A stretch of 64,000 nt of DNA, from assembly GCA_944323485.1 (NCBI GenBank), contig CALUSR010000001.1:386437-450436 (forward strand), given 5' to 3'. How positions within the stretch are numbered: the first letter of the stretch is position 1; each line of letters begins with the position of its first letter. A model generated the notes under the pieces. That model made no database searches. It saw only the letters and a program-made list of their open reading frames with translations, and was not told the DNA's origin. This document shows, in pieces, positions 1 through 10,313 of the stretch. The stretch is from Candidatus Gastranaerophilales bacterium. Its GTDB lineage: Bacteria; Cyanobacteriota; Vampirovibrionia; Gastranaerophilales; CAJFVJ01. The translations under genes and the position numbers were made by a program.

Positions 1-615
1 TTTATAGGTTTTGTTGCTGTAGGAGGAATTGATTTTATTAAGGACTCAGGAATTGTTCAGAACAGTCCGAATTTGCAGAAATTTATCGCTAAAGTCAGAT
101 TGAAAAACAAAGAGATATCACCGTTTATATTCAAGGATACAAAGTCAAAAGCTGATTTTTCACAAGTACCGAAAGATAAGTATAAGATTGAATATCAAGG
201 TTTGCCATGGAGCACAAAATCAGTTCTTGCAACTTCGAAAGACAGCTGCCAGAGTATGGTGTATATGAATATTGACGGTATTGTGAAGGTTAATGAAGAA
301 GCGTTTTCAAAATACAAAAAAGAAGATGTTGTTGAGTTACTGGATATATTTTTTGACTATCAAAAATTAGAGTTGTCAGATTACGAAATTTCCGGGAAAA
401 AAACAGCGAAATTCCTGCAGCAACAGCTTTCGTATTATTCATATAAGGCGAAGATGCAGGAAGGACCTTATAAAGAAATTAGCGGGATGGTTGCTGTCGG
501 GAAAGAACCTGACGGGCATAATATTTTGATGGTATCTTTCGGTTTTGACCAGCCATTCAATTTTGATGAAGCGCAGAATTTTTATAATAATATAGAGTTT
601 GATAAAAATGAATGA
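1..615 (+). CDS. Hypothetical membrane-anchored protein, 5'-truncated by the window edge
   Basis: The frame is open from position 1 (FIGFVAVGGIDFIKDSG...), so the true start lies upstream of the tracked TTG at 73. Hydrophobic N-terminus; no recognised motif. Confidence 0.6.
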   Translation, partial: FIGFVAVGGIDFIKDSGIVQNSPNLQKFIAKVRLKNKEISPFIFKDTKSKADFSQVPKDKYKIEYQGLPWSTKSVLATSKDSCQSMVYMNIDGIVKVNEEAFSKYKKEDVVELLDIFFDYQKLELSDYEISGKKTAKFLQQQLSYYSYKAKMQEGPYKEISGMVAVGKEPDGHNILMVSFGFDQPFNFDEAQNFYNNIEFDKNE

Positions 616-1546
616 AGAATTTAAACATTATCCTGTAATGCTACATGAAGCCGTTGATGCTCTTGATTGCAAACCCGGTTTGCTTTATATTGACGCTACG
701 CTTGGCGGCGGCGGGTATTCTTGTGAGATAGCAAAGAGGATACAACCTGACGGGAAACTGTTTGCATTTGATGTTGACAGAAATGCGATAGAAGTTGCCT
801 CTGCAAGACTCGCAGAATTTGGAGATAGTGTGACCATATTCAAGGCTAACTATTCTGAAATTCCGAAAATTCTTGAAGAAAGAGGAATAGAAAAAATTAC
901 CGGAGGGATTGTTTTTGATTTGGGGGCGTCTTATTACCAGCTGACATCAGGGGAGAGAGGGTTCAGTTTTTCTCATGAGTCAAAACTTGATATGCGTTTT
1001 GATATGGATGGAGAGAAAACAGCTTATGATGTTGTGAATTTTTATCATGAAGCTGATTTGGTACGTATTTTTCAGGAATATGGCGAGGAAAGATACTCAA
1101 GAAGGATAGCTTCAAGAATTGTTAAGAAACGTCAAGAAAAAAAAATAGAAACAACAAAAGAACTCGCTGATTTAATTTGTTCGGCTGTCCCCAGAAACCC
1201 TAGAAATAAAATACATCCGGCGACTCGAGTTTTTCAGGCAATCAGAATTGAAGTGAATGATGAATTAAATAATCTTGAAAATACTCTAAACGGAGTAATC
1301 TCTTTACTTGACAAAAGTGCTAGAATAGCAGTTGTCAGCTTTCATTCGTTAGAAGATAAAATTGTAAAGAGAGTTTTCAAATATCTTTCTTCTGATTGCA
1401 ATTGTGGGCCATATGATTTAATATGTTCATGTCCTCCAAGAAAATTGGACATAATCACAAAAAAGCCAATAATCGCATCAGAGGGAGAGATTAAACAAAA
1501 CCCGCCTTCACGAAGCGCAAAGCTGAGAGTAGCCGGAAGGGTTTAG
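599..1546 (+). CDS. rsmH: 16S rRNA m4C1402 methyltransferase RsmH/MraW
   Basis: Motifs HYPVML, IDATLGGGG, DLGASYYQL, LDMRFD, HPATRVFQAIRIEVNDEL, SFHSLEDKIVK, NPPSRSAKLR. Confidence 0.97.
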   Translation: MIKMNEEFKHYPVMLHEAVDALDCKPGLLYIDATLGGGGYSCEIAKRIQPDGKLFAFDVDRNAIEVASARLAEFGDSVTIFKANYSEIPKILEERGIEKITGGIVFDLGASYYQLTSGERGFSFSHESKLDMRFDMDGEKTAYDVVNFYHEADLVRIFQEYGEERYSRRIASRIVKKRQEKKIETTKELADLICSAVPRNPRNKIHPATRVFQAIRIEVNDELNNLENTLNGVISLLDKSARIAVVSFHSLEDKIVKRVFKYLSSDCNCGPYDLICSCPPRKLDIITKKPIIASEGEIKQNPPSRSAKLRVAGRV

Positions 1547-1566
1547 ATTACGTGGAGTTGTAGTAA

Positions 1567-2004
1567 ATGTTATCGTCTACTGATTATTTGTACAATTACG
1601 AACCGCATATAGAGGGACAGTATTCAAAAAAGCTTGTATACGGTAATTTTCCGGTATATCATTCTAAACAAAGCCGGTTTATATTTATATTGAACAGCAC
1701 ATTGAGCGCTGTTTTGATTGGTTTGATTTTGTCGTCTATGGTTTGTTATTCTTTTGTTGTTTCAAAACAGAAATATATCAACACTCTCCACAGTGATACA
1801 AGAAGGCTGAATATTGAAAACAATGATCTTCAGAATAAAGTTGATTATCTGAAATCTTTTTACAATGTAGACAGCAAGATAACATATTATGACTATTTGG
1901 TGAAACCTAAGCAGGTACTTGAAGTAAAAGGTTCTTCAGAATCTGATGTGTTGGTTGAAGCAGCTCCGTCAGGATTGAAAATCAATTCTATGATAGGATA
2001 TTAA
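1567..2004 (+). CDS. FtsL-like cell division protein (positional call)
   Basis: Single TM helix followed by a coiled coil, lying between rsmH and ftsI, the canonical ftsL position. Confidence 0.55.
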   Translation: MLSSTDYLYNYEPHIEGQYSKKLVYGNFPVYHSKQSRFIFILNSTLSAVLIGLILSSMVCYSFVVSKQKYINTLHSDTRRLNIENNDLQNKVDYLKSFYNVDSKITYYDYLVKPKQVLEVKGSSESDVLVEAAPSGLKINSMIGY

Positions 2005-2035
2005 TATTAACTGACAAATAACAATTGTCTACAGG

Positions 2036-3802
2036 TTGGGTGCAATGAGCAATTGGTTTGATATAAATCATGGAAAAAGTAACAAACCGGTTATTATTAT
2101 ATGGTTTTTGTTCATTGTTTTTGCCTTGATGATTATAGCCAAGTTATTATGGCTGCAAGTTGTTGAGAAAAAGGATTTGACGCAGAAAGCCCATAGAATG
2201 AGGCAGGATAAAGCTGTTTCGTATGTTATGAGGGGAGAAATTCTTGACCGTAACGGTATCAAGCTTGTGGCAAACAAGACGGTTTTCGATGTTTATGTGG
2301 ATCCACGCTGTTTTGAAGAAGATCAAACGCCTCATTCCATTGCGTCAATGCTGGCTCCTATTCTGGGCAAATCTGTATCAGATTTGGAGAAAGAGCTTGC
2401 TGATTCAAAATATACCGTAATTATAGCGAAGAATGTAGAAAAAGAAACTGTTGAACAGCTCCGTAAATTAAAGTTAAAGAGTCTTGATATAAGAAAGAAG
2501 AGCGCAAGAGTTTATCCTCAGGGTACACTTGCTGCGCATATTTTGGGTTATGTGAATGTAGAGGCTGACATCTCTGCCGGGATAGAAAAAACAGCGCAGG
2601 ATGATTTGAAAAAGCTGCCTGAGTATGAATATATAGAAACAACTCCTGACGGGAATGTTATTTATGATTTCAATACAAACCCTGCTATAGCATCGAAACC
2701 CTTGAAAGGTGAGGATATTACACTAACAATTGACTCTGCCGTACAGCATATTGCTGAAGTTGAATTGAACAAGATGATTAAGGAAACAAAAGCGGACAAG
2801 GGTTCTGTTGTTGTTATGAATCCGAAAAACGGAGAAATTCTCGCTTTTGTTGTTTTGCCTTCGTATAATCCTCCGAGTTACAAAAAACTTCCGCCTCAGT
2901 TAATAAAGAACTGGGCTTTGAGCGATGTATATTCTCCCGGTTCGGTATTTAAAATGCTTACGGTTTCTTCTGCCATGGAGCTTGGATACATTCATCCGAA
3001 CAGTCTTATATCGGATACCGGTAAGATTACTATTCAGGGGAGCACTATTAAAAACTATGATTATAACAGACACCCGAATCCCGGGATGATAAATCTTGAA
3101 TATTTATTTGAACACAGCAGTAACGTTGGAAGTGTAAATATTGCGCTTATGATGAAACCCGAAGAGTTTTATAATATGTTGAAAAAATTCGGCATAGGCT
3201 CAAAGACAAATGTTGATTTGCCTGGAGAATCTCCCGGGCTGCTGCCTCACTGGACGAGATGGCAGAAGCTTGATCAGGCAAATATAGGTTTCGGATACAG
3301 TGTTAATGTTACGCCTATACAGCTTGCATCTGCCGTTAGTGCAATTGCCAATAACGGAGTGAGGGTTACTCCTCATATTATAAAATACTCTTCTCAGGAG
3401 GAATATGATAAGCATGTAATATCAACGCAAGTGTTATCGCCTCAGACAGCGCAGGCAATTACTTCGTTGCTGACACAGAGTATAGCCAAGTCAAAAGCTG
3501 TTGCTGGGAAAATTCCTAATTACACCGTAGCAGGGAAAACAGGAACATCAAACAGACCGAATGCAAATGGAATAGGTTATAACAGACATGAAGTTTACAC
3601 AACGTTTGCGGGTTTCTTCCCCGCAAGTGACCCTGAAATATTGGTTGTTGTCTTTGTTGACAACCCAAAGAGCGGTGTAGACTGGGGGTCTACTATCGCC
3701 GGACCTGTATTTAATGAGATTGCTGTGCAAATCAGCCGTATTATGGATATAAAACCCGATAAGAAGGAGCCTGAAGAAATTGAATCTGAAAGAAATAGCT
3801 AA
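2036..3802 (+). CDS. ftsI: Class B penicillin-binding protein (FtsI/PBP2-type transpeptidase)
   Basis: N-terminal TM, RGEILDRNG, SxxK (PGSVFK), SxN (HSSNVG), KTG (AGKTGT); dcw context. Confidence 0.9.
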   Translation: MGAMSNWFDINHGKSNKPVIIIWFLFIVFALMIIAKLLWLQVVEKKDLTQKAHRMRQDKAVSYVMRGEILDRNGIKLVANKTVFDVYVDPRCFEEDQTPHSIASMLAPILGKSVSDLEKELADSKYTVIIAKNVEKETVEQLRKLKLKSLDIRKKSARVYPQGTLAAHILGYVNVEADISAGIEKTAQDDLKKLPEYEYIETTPDGNVIYDFNTNPAIASKPLKGEDITLTIDSAVQHIAEVELNKMIKETKADKGSVVVMNPKNGEILAFVVLPSYNPPSYKKLPPQLIKNWALSDVYSPGSVFKMLTVSSAMELGYIHPNSLISDTGKITIQGSTIKNYDYNRHPNPGMINLEYLFEHSSNVGSVNIALMMKPEEFYNMLKKFGIGSKTNVDLPGESPGLLPHWTRWQKLDQANIGFGYSVNVTPIQLASAVSAIANNGVRVTPHIIKYSSQEEYDKHVISTQVLSPQTAQAITSLLTQSIAKSKAVAGKIPNYTVAGKTGTSNRPNANGIGYNRHEVYTTFAGFFPASDPEILVVVFVDNPKSGVDWGSTIAGPVFNEIAVQISRIMDIKPDKKEPEEIESERNS

Positions 3803-5258
3803 TGTATTAAACACAAAGATGATTATTAATTCAAAAGATTGTGAAATAAAAGATGTTTCTTATAACTCAAAGACCGCTAAATCAGGTGATGTGTTTGTTT
3901 GTTTAACAGGTGAGCATACTGATGGTCATGATTATGCGAAGATGGCTGTTGACAACGGTGCTGTTGCTGTTATTGCTCAAAAAGAAATTGATGTTGACGT
4001 ACCGGTGATTATTGTTGATGACACAAAATTGGCACTTGCACAGGTGGCAAATGCGCTGAATGATTATCCGTCGCAAAAACTTAACCTGATAGGAGTAACA
4101 GGTACCAACGGAAAAACAACGGTTACTCACCTGATTGAGAATATATTTGAAAAATCAGGTCAAAGATGCGGTTTAATAGGGACGATGGGTTTGAGAAAGT
4201 CGGTGAATGATACTTATCATGATGCAAAACATACCACTCCTCAGGCTCCCGAGTTGCAGAGAACACTGAAAAGTATGTTAGACGATGGTATAAAAAATGT
4301 TGTTATGGAAGTCAGTTCTCATTCTCTCGAGCAGCATAGAGTCGGGGGGTGTATCTTCAATGGTGCTGTCTTCACAAACCTTACGCAGGACCATCTTGAT
4401 TATCACATTACAATGGCAAATTATGCCAGAGCAAAAGCAAAATTATTCAAGTCTTTGAAAAATGATAAAGAAAACCGCTTTGCCGTAGTGAATGCCGATG
4501 ATGAGTATGCTTATGAAATGTTGAAGGCTGTTCCTGATGATGTTGAGATTTATACTTACGGCATAAAAAAAGAAGCTGATGTTATGGCTTCAGATATAGT
4601 TTATTCTGTTGAGGGGGTTCAGTTTAAGTGTGTTACTCCCGTTGGTACAGGTATTTTGAAATTGCAGCTTGTAGGAGAATTCAGTGTTTATAATGCCCTT
4701 GCTGCATTGAGCGCCGGACTTCTTGCGGGAGTTGATTTTGAAACATGCAGGAAAGCGCTTGAGAGTACCAAAAGTGTTGCCGGAAGATTTGAGGTTGTAT
4801 CATCAAAGCCGTTGGTTATTGTTGACTATGCGCACACTCCTGACGGGCTTGAAAATGTGTTGAAAGCAGCGGGACAACTTCGAGGTGAGAAATCAAAGCT
4901 GATATGTTTATTTGGCTGCGGAGGTGACCGAGACTCGACAAAACGTCCGATTATGGCGCATATTGCAGAAAAAATGGCTGACAAGGTGATTATTACTTCA
5001 GATAATCCCCGTTCAGAGGATCCTCAGCAGATTATTACGGATGTTTTGAGCGGCATTCAGTCACTTGATCAGGATAGAATTTTTGTTGAAATTGACAGAA
5101 GAAGCGCCATTGAACTTGCTATCAAGATGGCATCAGAGGATGATATAGTCGTTCTTGCCGGAAAAGGGCATGAAAACTACCAAATTCTCAAAGATGAAAC
5201 AATCCACTTTGACGACAGAGAAGAAGCCGCTGCCGCACTCAAGAAAATCAAGGTCTAG
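3780..5258 (+). CDS. murE: UDP-MurNAc-tripeptide synthetase (meso-DAP-adding)
   Basis: GVTGTNGKTT, MEVSSH, FTNLTQDHLDYH, VDYAHTPD, DNPRSE (DAP-specificity motif), AGKGHE. Confidence 0.97.
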   Translation: MNLKEIANVLNTKMIINSKDCEIKDVSYNSKTAKSGDVFVCLTGEHTDGHDYAKMAVDNGAVAVIAQKEIDVDVPVIIVDDTKLALAQVANALNDYPSQKLNLIGVTGTNGKTTVTHLIENIFEKSGQRCGLIGTMGLRKSVNDTYHDAKHTTPQAPELQRTLKSMLDDGIKNVVMEVSSHSLEQHRVGGCIFNGAVFTNLTQDHLDYHITMANYARAKAKLFKSLKNDKENRFAVVNADDEYAYEMLKAVPDDVEIYTYGIKKEADVMASDIVYSVEGVQFKCVTPVGTGILKLQLVGEFSVYNALAALSAGLLAGVDFETCRKALESTKSVAGRFEVVSSKPLVIVDYAHTPDGLENVLKAAGQLRGEKSKLICLFGCGGDRDSTKRPIMAHIAEKMADKVIITSDNPRSEDPQQIITDVLSGIQSLDQDRIFVEIDRRSAIELAIKMASEDDIVVLAGKGHENYQILKDETIHFDDREEAAAALKKIKV

Positions 5259-5263
5259 TGTTT

Positions 5264-7768
5264 TTATAGCTGTGAGGCTTTTTCTTCAAAGTATTCCATA
5301 TTTATGTTCAGTTTTTGTCCTATTATGATAAGACTTTTAACGAGTTTTTTATGGATACTGTCTTGATTTTTAATTCTTATTAGCTCGAATATATCATCAA
5401 GATAGATGTATATATTGTTAAAATATATATTCTGAGCTTCGGCAAGATTCAGTTTCAGACCGATTTTGGAAGCTGTATCGAGCAGGTTTATTATAACTTC
5501 GGCATGGGATATTTCCATGTTTTTTGAGAGTTTATTCAGATTTTTGTATAGCTCTGCAATGAACAGCTTATTTACGGACTTTGTACTGAGCTGGATGTTA
5601 AGAGTTTTTGCTTCATTGTTGATATCTACAGCCTGATGAATGAGTTCCTCATCAAAGATATCTGCTGTTTCGTTGAATAAGGCATTAAAGTCTTTGCTCA
5701 GCGAGTATCTCGCCATTATGTCATATTCAGGGATGTGCACGCCGAGTTTTCCGAGCTGGAGAATACCTGTTTTGCTTTCGTCATACAATGATTTAAATGT
5801 TTGAGAAGATCTGTTGATTTTATTTTTGAGCTGTATTTTGAGGATATCTTTTCTTTCGTCCTGGAAGAGGTTTCTTACTGAGAAGTACTCAAGACCGAAG
5901 TTGATATCTATAGCTCTCATTATATCTGTCAAAGAGGCGTTCATGTACTTATCAAGAAGTTCATTTTTAATTTTGTTGTAATTTGACTGATTTGAAAATT
6001 CTTTGATTGCGCAGTGAAAATCGCTGTTTGCAAACTTGATGATGACAAACATCATATCATTTGTTTCAAGGGTAATTTTTGATGTAACTTTGATACGTCC
6101 GAATGCCATAACAGTTTTGGCATTTTTGATTTTACGATAATCAAGTCTGTTTATGTTGTAAGAATACAATTCTGTTTCATCTTCAAAGTCCTGATACAGA
6201 GAAGAAATAGCCCATTGAGCAATAATTTGTTTTGTTGTAACAACGGAGGGTTTAACAAATTTTTGATAAATCTCTTTCCCGTTGCCCATATCTTTTATGT
6301 TGCTTTGAGCTTTTTCGAGAATGTTTAAAAACGGTGTTTCATAATCTTTGTCGGTGAAAGTTTCCGCTAATTCGATTGCTCTTGCTGCATATTTCATAAT
6401 CTGTGTTGTTTCTATCCCTGATATATCAGCGAAAAACCAGCCGCAGCTTGTGAACATTAACATAGCCTGTCTTTGAATTTCAAGAAGTTTCAGAACAAGA
6501 GTCTTTTCTTCCGAAGAAAGCTCACGTCTTTGATGTTTTTTGAAAAATTTGTCCAAACTTATTTCATTTCGATCAAGCATTACGCTGATATAATCATTTC
6601 TTGACTCCCATGGGTCATCGAGATATTTTGATATTTTTTCTTCATACAGTACGGCAAGTTCATCTCTAAGATAGTTAAGAGCATCCCTGAGAGGTTTTCT
6701 CCATTTTTGATTCCATCCCGGTTGTGCGCCTGTAGAACATCCGCAGTCATCCCTCCAGCGTTCAACACCATGGAAGCAGCTCCATGATGAAACAGGTTTG
6801 ATATCAACTTCATAAAGCGGAGGATTTTTTTCAAGATATTCACCGTAGTTGGTAATAGTGAATCCTGCATCTTTTGCACGTTTTTTGAGTGCATAAGACA
6901 GCGCCATATCTCCAAATCTTGTATGATGCCCGTAGCTTTCGCCGTCAGTTGCAATATTTACAAGCTGGTTGTAATTTCTTTGAGATGATACACCGTCTTG
7001 AAGTCTTTTGATAAATCTGTTTCCATCTTTCAGCAGGTTATCAAATGCTACGGATTTTGAGATAGAACCGTCGTAGAAGAATAAATCTATGTATTTATCA
7101 GGTTTACCCTTGATGAAATAGCGGTAAGCTCGTGCAGGGTCGATACTTCCCCAGCTGACGTCTTCCCATGCAGAATCCTGTTTGGCATTAATCTTTCTTA
7201 CTCTTGCTGCCTGATATGGTGAGAGAATTGTAAATTTGATACCGCAGTCAATCAACACTTCCATTGTTCTGTCATCGGTTGCTGTTTCTGCAAGCCAGAT
7301 ACCTTCAGGTTTTCTGCCGAAGCGATATTCAAAATCTTTGATACCCCAGATTGTTTGGGTATATTTATCTTTATCGTTTGCAAGAGGCATAATCATATGA
7401 TTGTAAACCTGTGCAATAGCGTTACCATGTCCGGAGTAAATGCCTATACTTTTTCTATCAGCCTGCACGATTCTTTCATAAGTGTTTGGGGCGTATTGTT
7501 CCATCCATGACATAAGTGTCGGTCCGAAGTTGAAACTTATCATTGTATAGTTGTTGACTATGTCTATGATTCTGTTTTTACCGTCTACAATTCTTGAAGC
7601 TGAGTTCGGATTGTAGCATTCGTCACAAATTCTTGCGTTCCAGTCATGGAAAGGAGATGCGCTTTCCTGCAATTCAATTGCTTCAAGCCAGGGGTTTTCT
7701 CTCGGCGGCTGGTAGAAGTGTCCATGTATTGTCAAATAATTCTTCTTTTCATTATCACTCATATTCAA
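5264..7768 (-). CDS. Glycoside hydrolase family 57 / DUF3536 domain protein
   Basis: HGHFYQPPRENPW, YNHMIMPLA, GIWLAETA (nucleophile Glu), TDGESYGHH, SWSCFHGVERW, MFTSCGWFF. Confidence 0.9.
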   Translation of the reverse strand: MNMSDNEKKNYLTIHGHFYQPPRENPWLEAIELQESASPFHDWNARICDECYNPNSASRIVDGKNRIIDIVNNYTMISFNFGPTLMSWMEQYAPNTYERIVQADRKSIGIYSGHGNAIAQVYNHMIMPLANDKDKYTQTIWGIKDFEYRFGRKPEGIWLAETATDDRTMEVLIDCGIKFTILSPYQAARVRKINAKQDSAWEDVSWGSIDPARAYRYFIKGKPDKYIDLFFYDGSISKSVAFDNLLKDGNRFIKRLQDGVSSQRNYNQLVNIATDGESYGHHTRFGDMALSYALKKRAKDAGFTITNYGEYLEKNPPLYEVDIKPVSSWSCFHGVERWRDDCGCSTGAQPGWNQKWRKPLRDALNYLRDELAVLYEEKISKYLDDPWESRNDYISVMLDRNEISLDKFFKKHQRRELSSEEKTLVLKLLEIQRQAMLMFTSCGWFFADISGIETTQIMKYAARAIELAETFTDKDYETPFLNILEKAQSNIKDMGNGKEIYQKFVKPSVVTTKQIIAQWAISSLYQDFEDETELYSYNINRLDYRKIKNAKTVMAFGRIKVTSKITLETNDMMFVIIKFANSDFHCAIKEFSNQSNYNKIKNELLDKYMNASLTDIMRAIDINFGLEYFSVRNLFQDERKDILKIQLKNKINRSSQTFKSLYDESKTGILQLGKLGVHIPEYDIMARYSLSKDFNALFNETADIFDEELIHQAVDINNEAKTLNIQLSTKSVNKLFIAELYKNLNKLSKNMEISHAEVIINLLDTASKIGLKLNLAEAQNIYFNNIYIYLDDIFELIRIKNQDSIHKKLVKSLIIIGQKLNINMEYFEEKASQL

Positions 7769-7878
7769 AATCCTCAGACCGTTTTACCTAAGCAAGTAAG
7801 AATCAGAATAACATAAAATTCTGATATTAATATCATATCAGTATACTAGAACATTTTCCACAGAAATTAAAATTTGAG

Positions 7879-8415
7879 TTAAGGGTTGATTTTGCAGGCT
7901 GCTCCTGTTTTGACCTTATCATCTTTTTTCTCTTTTTTGGCGATGATGGTTACCTTGCATGCTTCTATCCATGGGTCTCCGAGTGCTGCAGAGAACATTT
8001 TGCCTTCGATTTCGATTTTATCTCCGCTTTCTATTTTTGCGAGTTGTTTTTCGGCTGTTTTTCTGCTGATGAGAATTTTCAACTCGGACATAGGGATTAT
8101 ATGACCTTGGATTTCGTCTTTTCTGATAAGGAATGATATATAATCTTTTGAATCTCTGAAGGCAGGTTTGTAGTCAAGCCCGATAGTTACAAATTTATCA
8201 AATATACCTGTAATTTTGACGTTTTTGTTGAGATAAGCATCAGGGTTTTTAACAAGGTCAGTTGCTTTTACCTGAGTCGGAATTCCCTGCAGGGGGCATA
8301 CAGGAGCTGCTGCATGGGACTGAAGGACCGAGCATAAGCATAGGGCTGATATTAGAAGTGCTGTGTTTATTTTTTTTATCATAAGAGGTATCTCCTTTGA
8401 CTTTAATATTATCAT
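7879..8415 (-). CDS. Exported OB-fold-like hypothetical protein
   Basis: Signal-peptide-like N-terminus; beta-rich pattern (NKNVKITGIF ... GDKIEIEGKM). Confidence 0.5.
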   Translation of the reverse strand: MIILKSKEIPLMIKKINTALLISALCLCSVLQSHAAAPVCPLQGIPTQVKATDLVKNPDAYLNKNVKITGIFDKFVTIGLDYKPAFRDSKDYISFLIRKDEIQGHIIPMSELKILISRKTAEKQLAKIESGDKIEIEGKMFSAALGDPWIEACKVTIIAKKEKKDDKVKTGAACKINP

Positions 8416-8422
8416 AGATTGT

Positions 8423-9157
8423 TTATTTAATGATAGTTCCCTGAACGTCTTTTTGTATTCTCAGACTGTCAAGCAGGCTGTGCAGAAGAGTTGCTTCCGT
8501 GTCCGCTCTGTAAAATTTTCCTTTTGTTGACATGGCAACGCATTTCAGCTGATTATCGGTTATTTTATTTGTTGAGAAAGCTATTGCATCTATTTTTATA
8601 TCGCTGCCGCTTCTGATGAGATTAACGGCATATTCACAAGGGCTTTCATCGCAATTTTCTTCTCCGTCTGAGAGTAAAATTATGCGTCTTGTCCCGGTTT
8701 TCCCTGCGAGGTCATAGTTTACTGCCTGCTTGAGCGAATAAGTAATCGGTGTTGCTCCTATCGGACGTACTGCTGATAATGCTCCTGCTATCTGGCTCTG
8801 GCTGTTGACTACCACGGGAACTTTCAGGTGTGAGCATCTGCAGGCTTTTGAAGGAAGGAAGTAGTTTTCTCCGCCGTAGACTCTCAATCCGATGCCAACA
8901 TCAGGTGATACCTGAGAAAGGACTTTCAAGATAGTTCTTTTTGCGATGTCTATTTTTTTTACACCGCCTATTTGTTCATCCATACTGCCTGAGGCGTCGA
9001 GGATTATTACAATATTTTCTTTTGCAGATGATGGAGTATAGTTGTAGTTATTTTGATAATACTGATATCCGCCGTGTTTTGCAGGGTCATATACTTCGCC
9101 CGAGTACACATTTGTTGTTATGAAAAATAAAATAAGAAGTGCTGTTAAAAATCTCAT
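8423..9157 (-). CDS. Exported von Willebrand factor A domain protein
   Basis: Signal peptide; MIDAS DASGSM; GATP; ILLSDGEENC. Confidence 0.85.
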   Translation of the reverse strand: MRFLTALLILFFITTNVYSGEVYDPAKHGGYQYYQNNYNYTPSSAKENIVIILDASGSMDEQIGGVKKIDIAKRTILKVLSQVSPDVGIGLRVYGGENYFLPSKACRCSHLKVPVVVNSQSQIAGALSAVRPIGATPITYSLKQAVNYDLAGKTGTRRIILLSDGEENCDESPCEYAVNLIRSGSDIKIDAIAFSTNKITDNQLKCVAMSTKGKFYRADTEATLLHSLLDSLRIQKDVQGTIIK

Positions 9158-9212
9158 AATTTCCTGTAAAATAAATATGTAACCTTTTTAATATAAAACA
9201 TTTTAGGAGAAA

Positions 9213-9851
9213 ATGCCAATGGAGTTGTTTGAAGCAATCAAGACAAGGAAGACCGTCAGAAAATTTTCCGATAAGAAAGTTCCAAAAGAAGATATTCTGA
9301 AAATCCTTGATGCCGCAAGAGTGGCTCCGAGTGCTACAAATTCTCAGATGTGGCAGTATATTGTTATATTAAACAAGGATGTGAAAAATAAAATCAGAGA
9401 GGTGATTAATTCTAAATACGATGAGTTTCTTCAATGGGATGAATCTGAGGAGATTAAGAATAAGATTTTGATGTACAAGAATTTTTCGACTTTTTTCACC
9501 GAGGCTCCCGTAAATATTGCTGTTGTTGAAACATCAAGGACTTCCGTTATGGAAAATTTATTTATAAAACATGGGTATAGTGATTCTGAACTTGTGAGAA
9601 TGCGTCCTATGCCTTCATTGTTGAGCATTGGTGCATCGATAGAGAATTTGCTTCTGGCAGCGCACTCTTTGGGGTATGGTGCTTGCTGGTTGACCGCACC
9701 TATTTGTGCTTATGAAGGTCTTGAAAAGCTCTTGAATATAGAGAAACCTTCCAAATTAGTTTCATTTTTGTGTGTAGGTGTTCCAGAAAATAATAATGTC
9801 ACTCCTACACCTAAAAAGGAGCTTGATGATATAGTTTCGTTTATTGAATGA
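9213..9851 (+). CDS. Nitroreductase family protein
   Basis: AIKTRKTVRKF, AARVAPSATNSQMW, LLLAAHSLGYGACW. Confidence 0.9.
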   Translation: MPMELFEAIKTRKTVRKFSDKKVPKEDILKILDAARVAPSATNSQMWQYIVILNKDVKNKIREVINSKYDEFLQWDESEEIKNKILMYKNFSTFFTEAPVNIAVVETSRTSVMENLFIKHGYSDSELVRMRPMPSLLSIGASIENLLLAAHSLGYGACWLTAPICAYEGLEKLLNIEKPSKLVSFLCVGVPENNNVTPTPKKELDDIVSFIE

Positions 9852-9869
9852 GTATATAGAGCAAAATAA

Positions 9870-9894
9870 AAGCAGTGTATTATATACACTGCTT
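9870..9894. terminator. Hairpin AAGCAGTGTAT-tat-ATACACTGCTT between convergent genes
   Basis: Perfect 11-bp stem. On the minus strand it is followed by TTTATTTT, so it fits as the terminator of the small minus-strand ORF. Confidence 0.65.
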
Positions 9895-9935
9895 AAATAA
9901 AAACTTAATTACCATACCTTAAAAACTATTTAAAC

Positions 9936-10088
9936 TTATACAATACCTAATATTTTTTTGTACCAAGAAAAAGTTCTAAGTTCTAAACCGTTAAAAGTTG
10001 TTTTGTTTTGTTGACGTTTTAGGTAAGCGTAAAAATCGTCAGTTTTTGGGGATAATAAGTCTTTTTTGATGTATTCCTTGATTGCCAT
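9936..10088 (-). CDS. Small 50-aa protein missing from the ORF track (MAIKEYIKKDLLSPKTDDFYAYLKRQQNKTTFNGLELRTFSWYKKILGIV)
   Basis: AAGGAGG RBS 9 nt before ATG; fills an otherwise empty 460-bp gap; terminator downstream. Confidence 0.65.
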   Translation of the reverse strand: MAIKEYIKKDLLSPKTDDFYAYLKRQQNKTTFNGLELRTFSWYKKILGIV

Positions 10089-10313
10089 TGAATGCCGCCT
10101 CCTTCTTTTGTGACTTCAGTTCAATTAGGTCTTCTTTAACGTGATTATATTTTATCACACAAATTGTAAAAAAGCTATAATTTTTTACTGCCAATATTTA
10201 CAATTTTTTATATTAATTTTTTGTGTTGATAAATAGTCCAAAAGGCTTATAAATATTCATTCTTTAGAACTTTTCTGGTATAATTATTTGCATAAATCAG
10301 GGTAGGTTAGTGT

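Noticed and set aside
1136-1145. A9 run in rsmH and similar A/T runs as phase-variation tracts
   Set aside because: In frame, and A/T runs of this length are expected in an AT-rich genome
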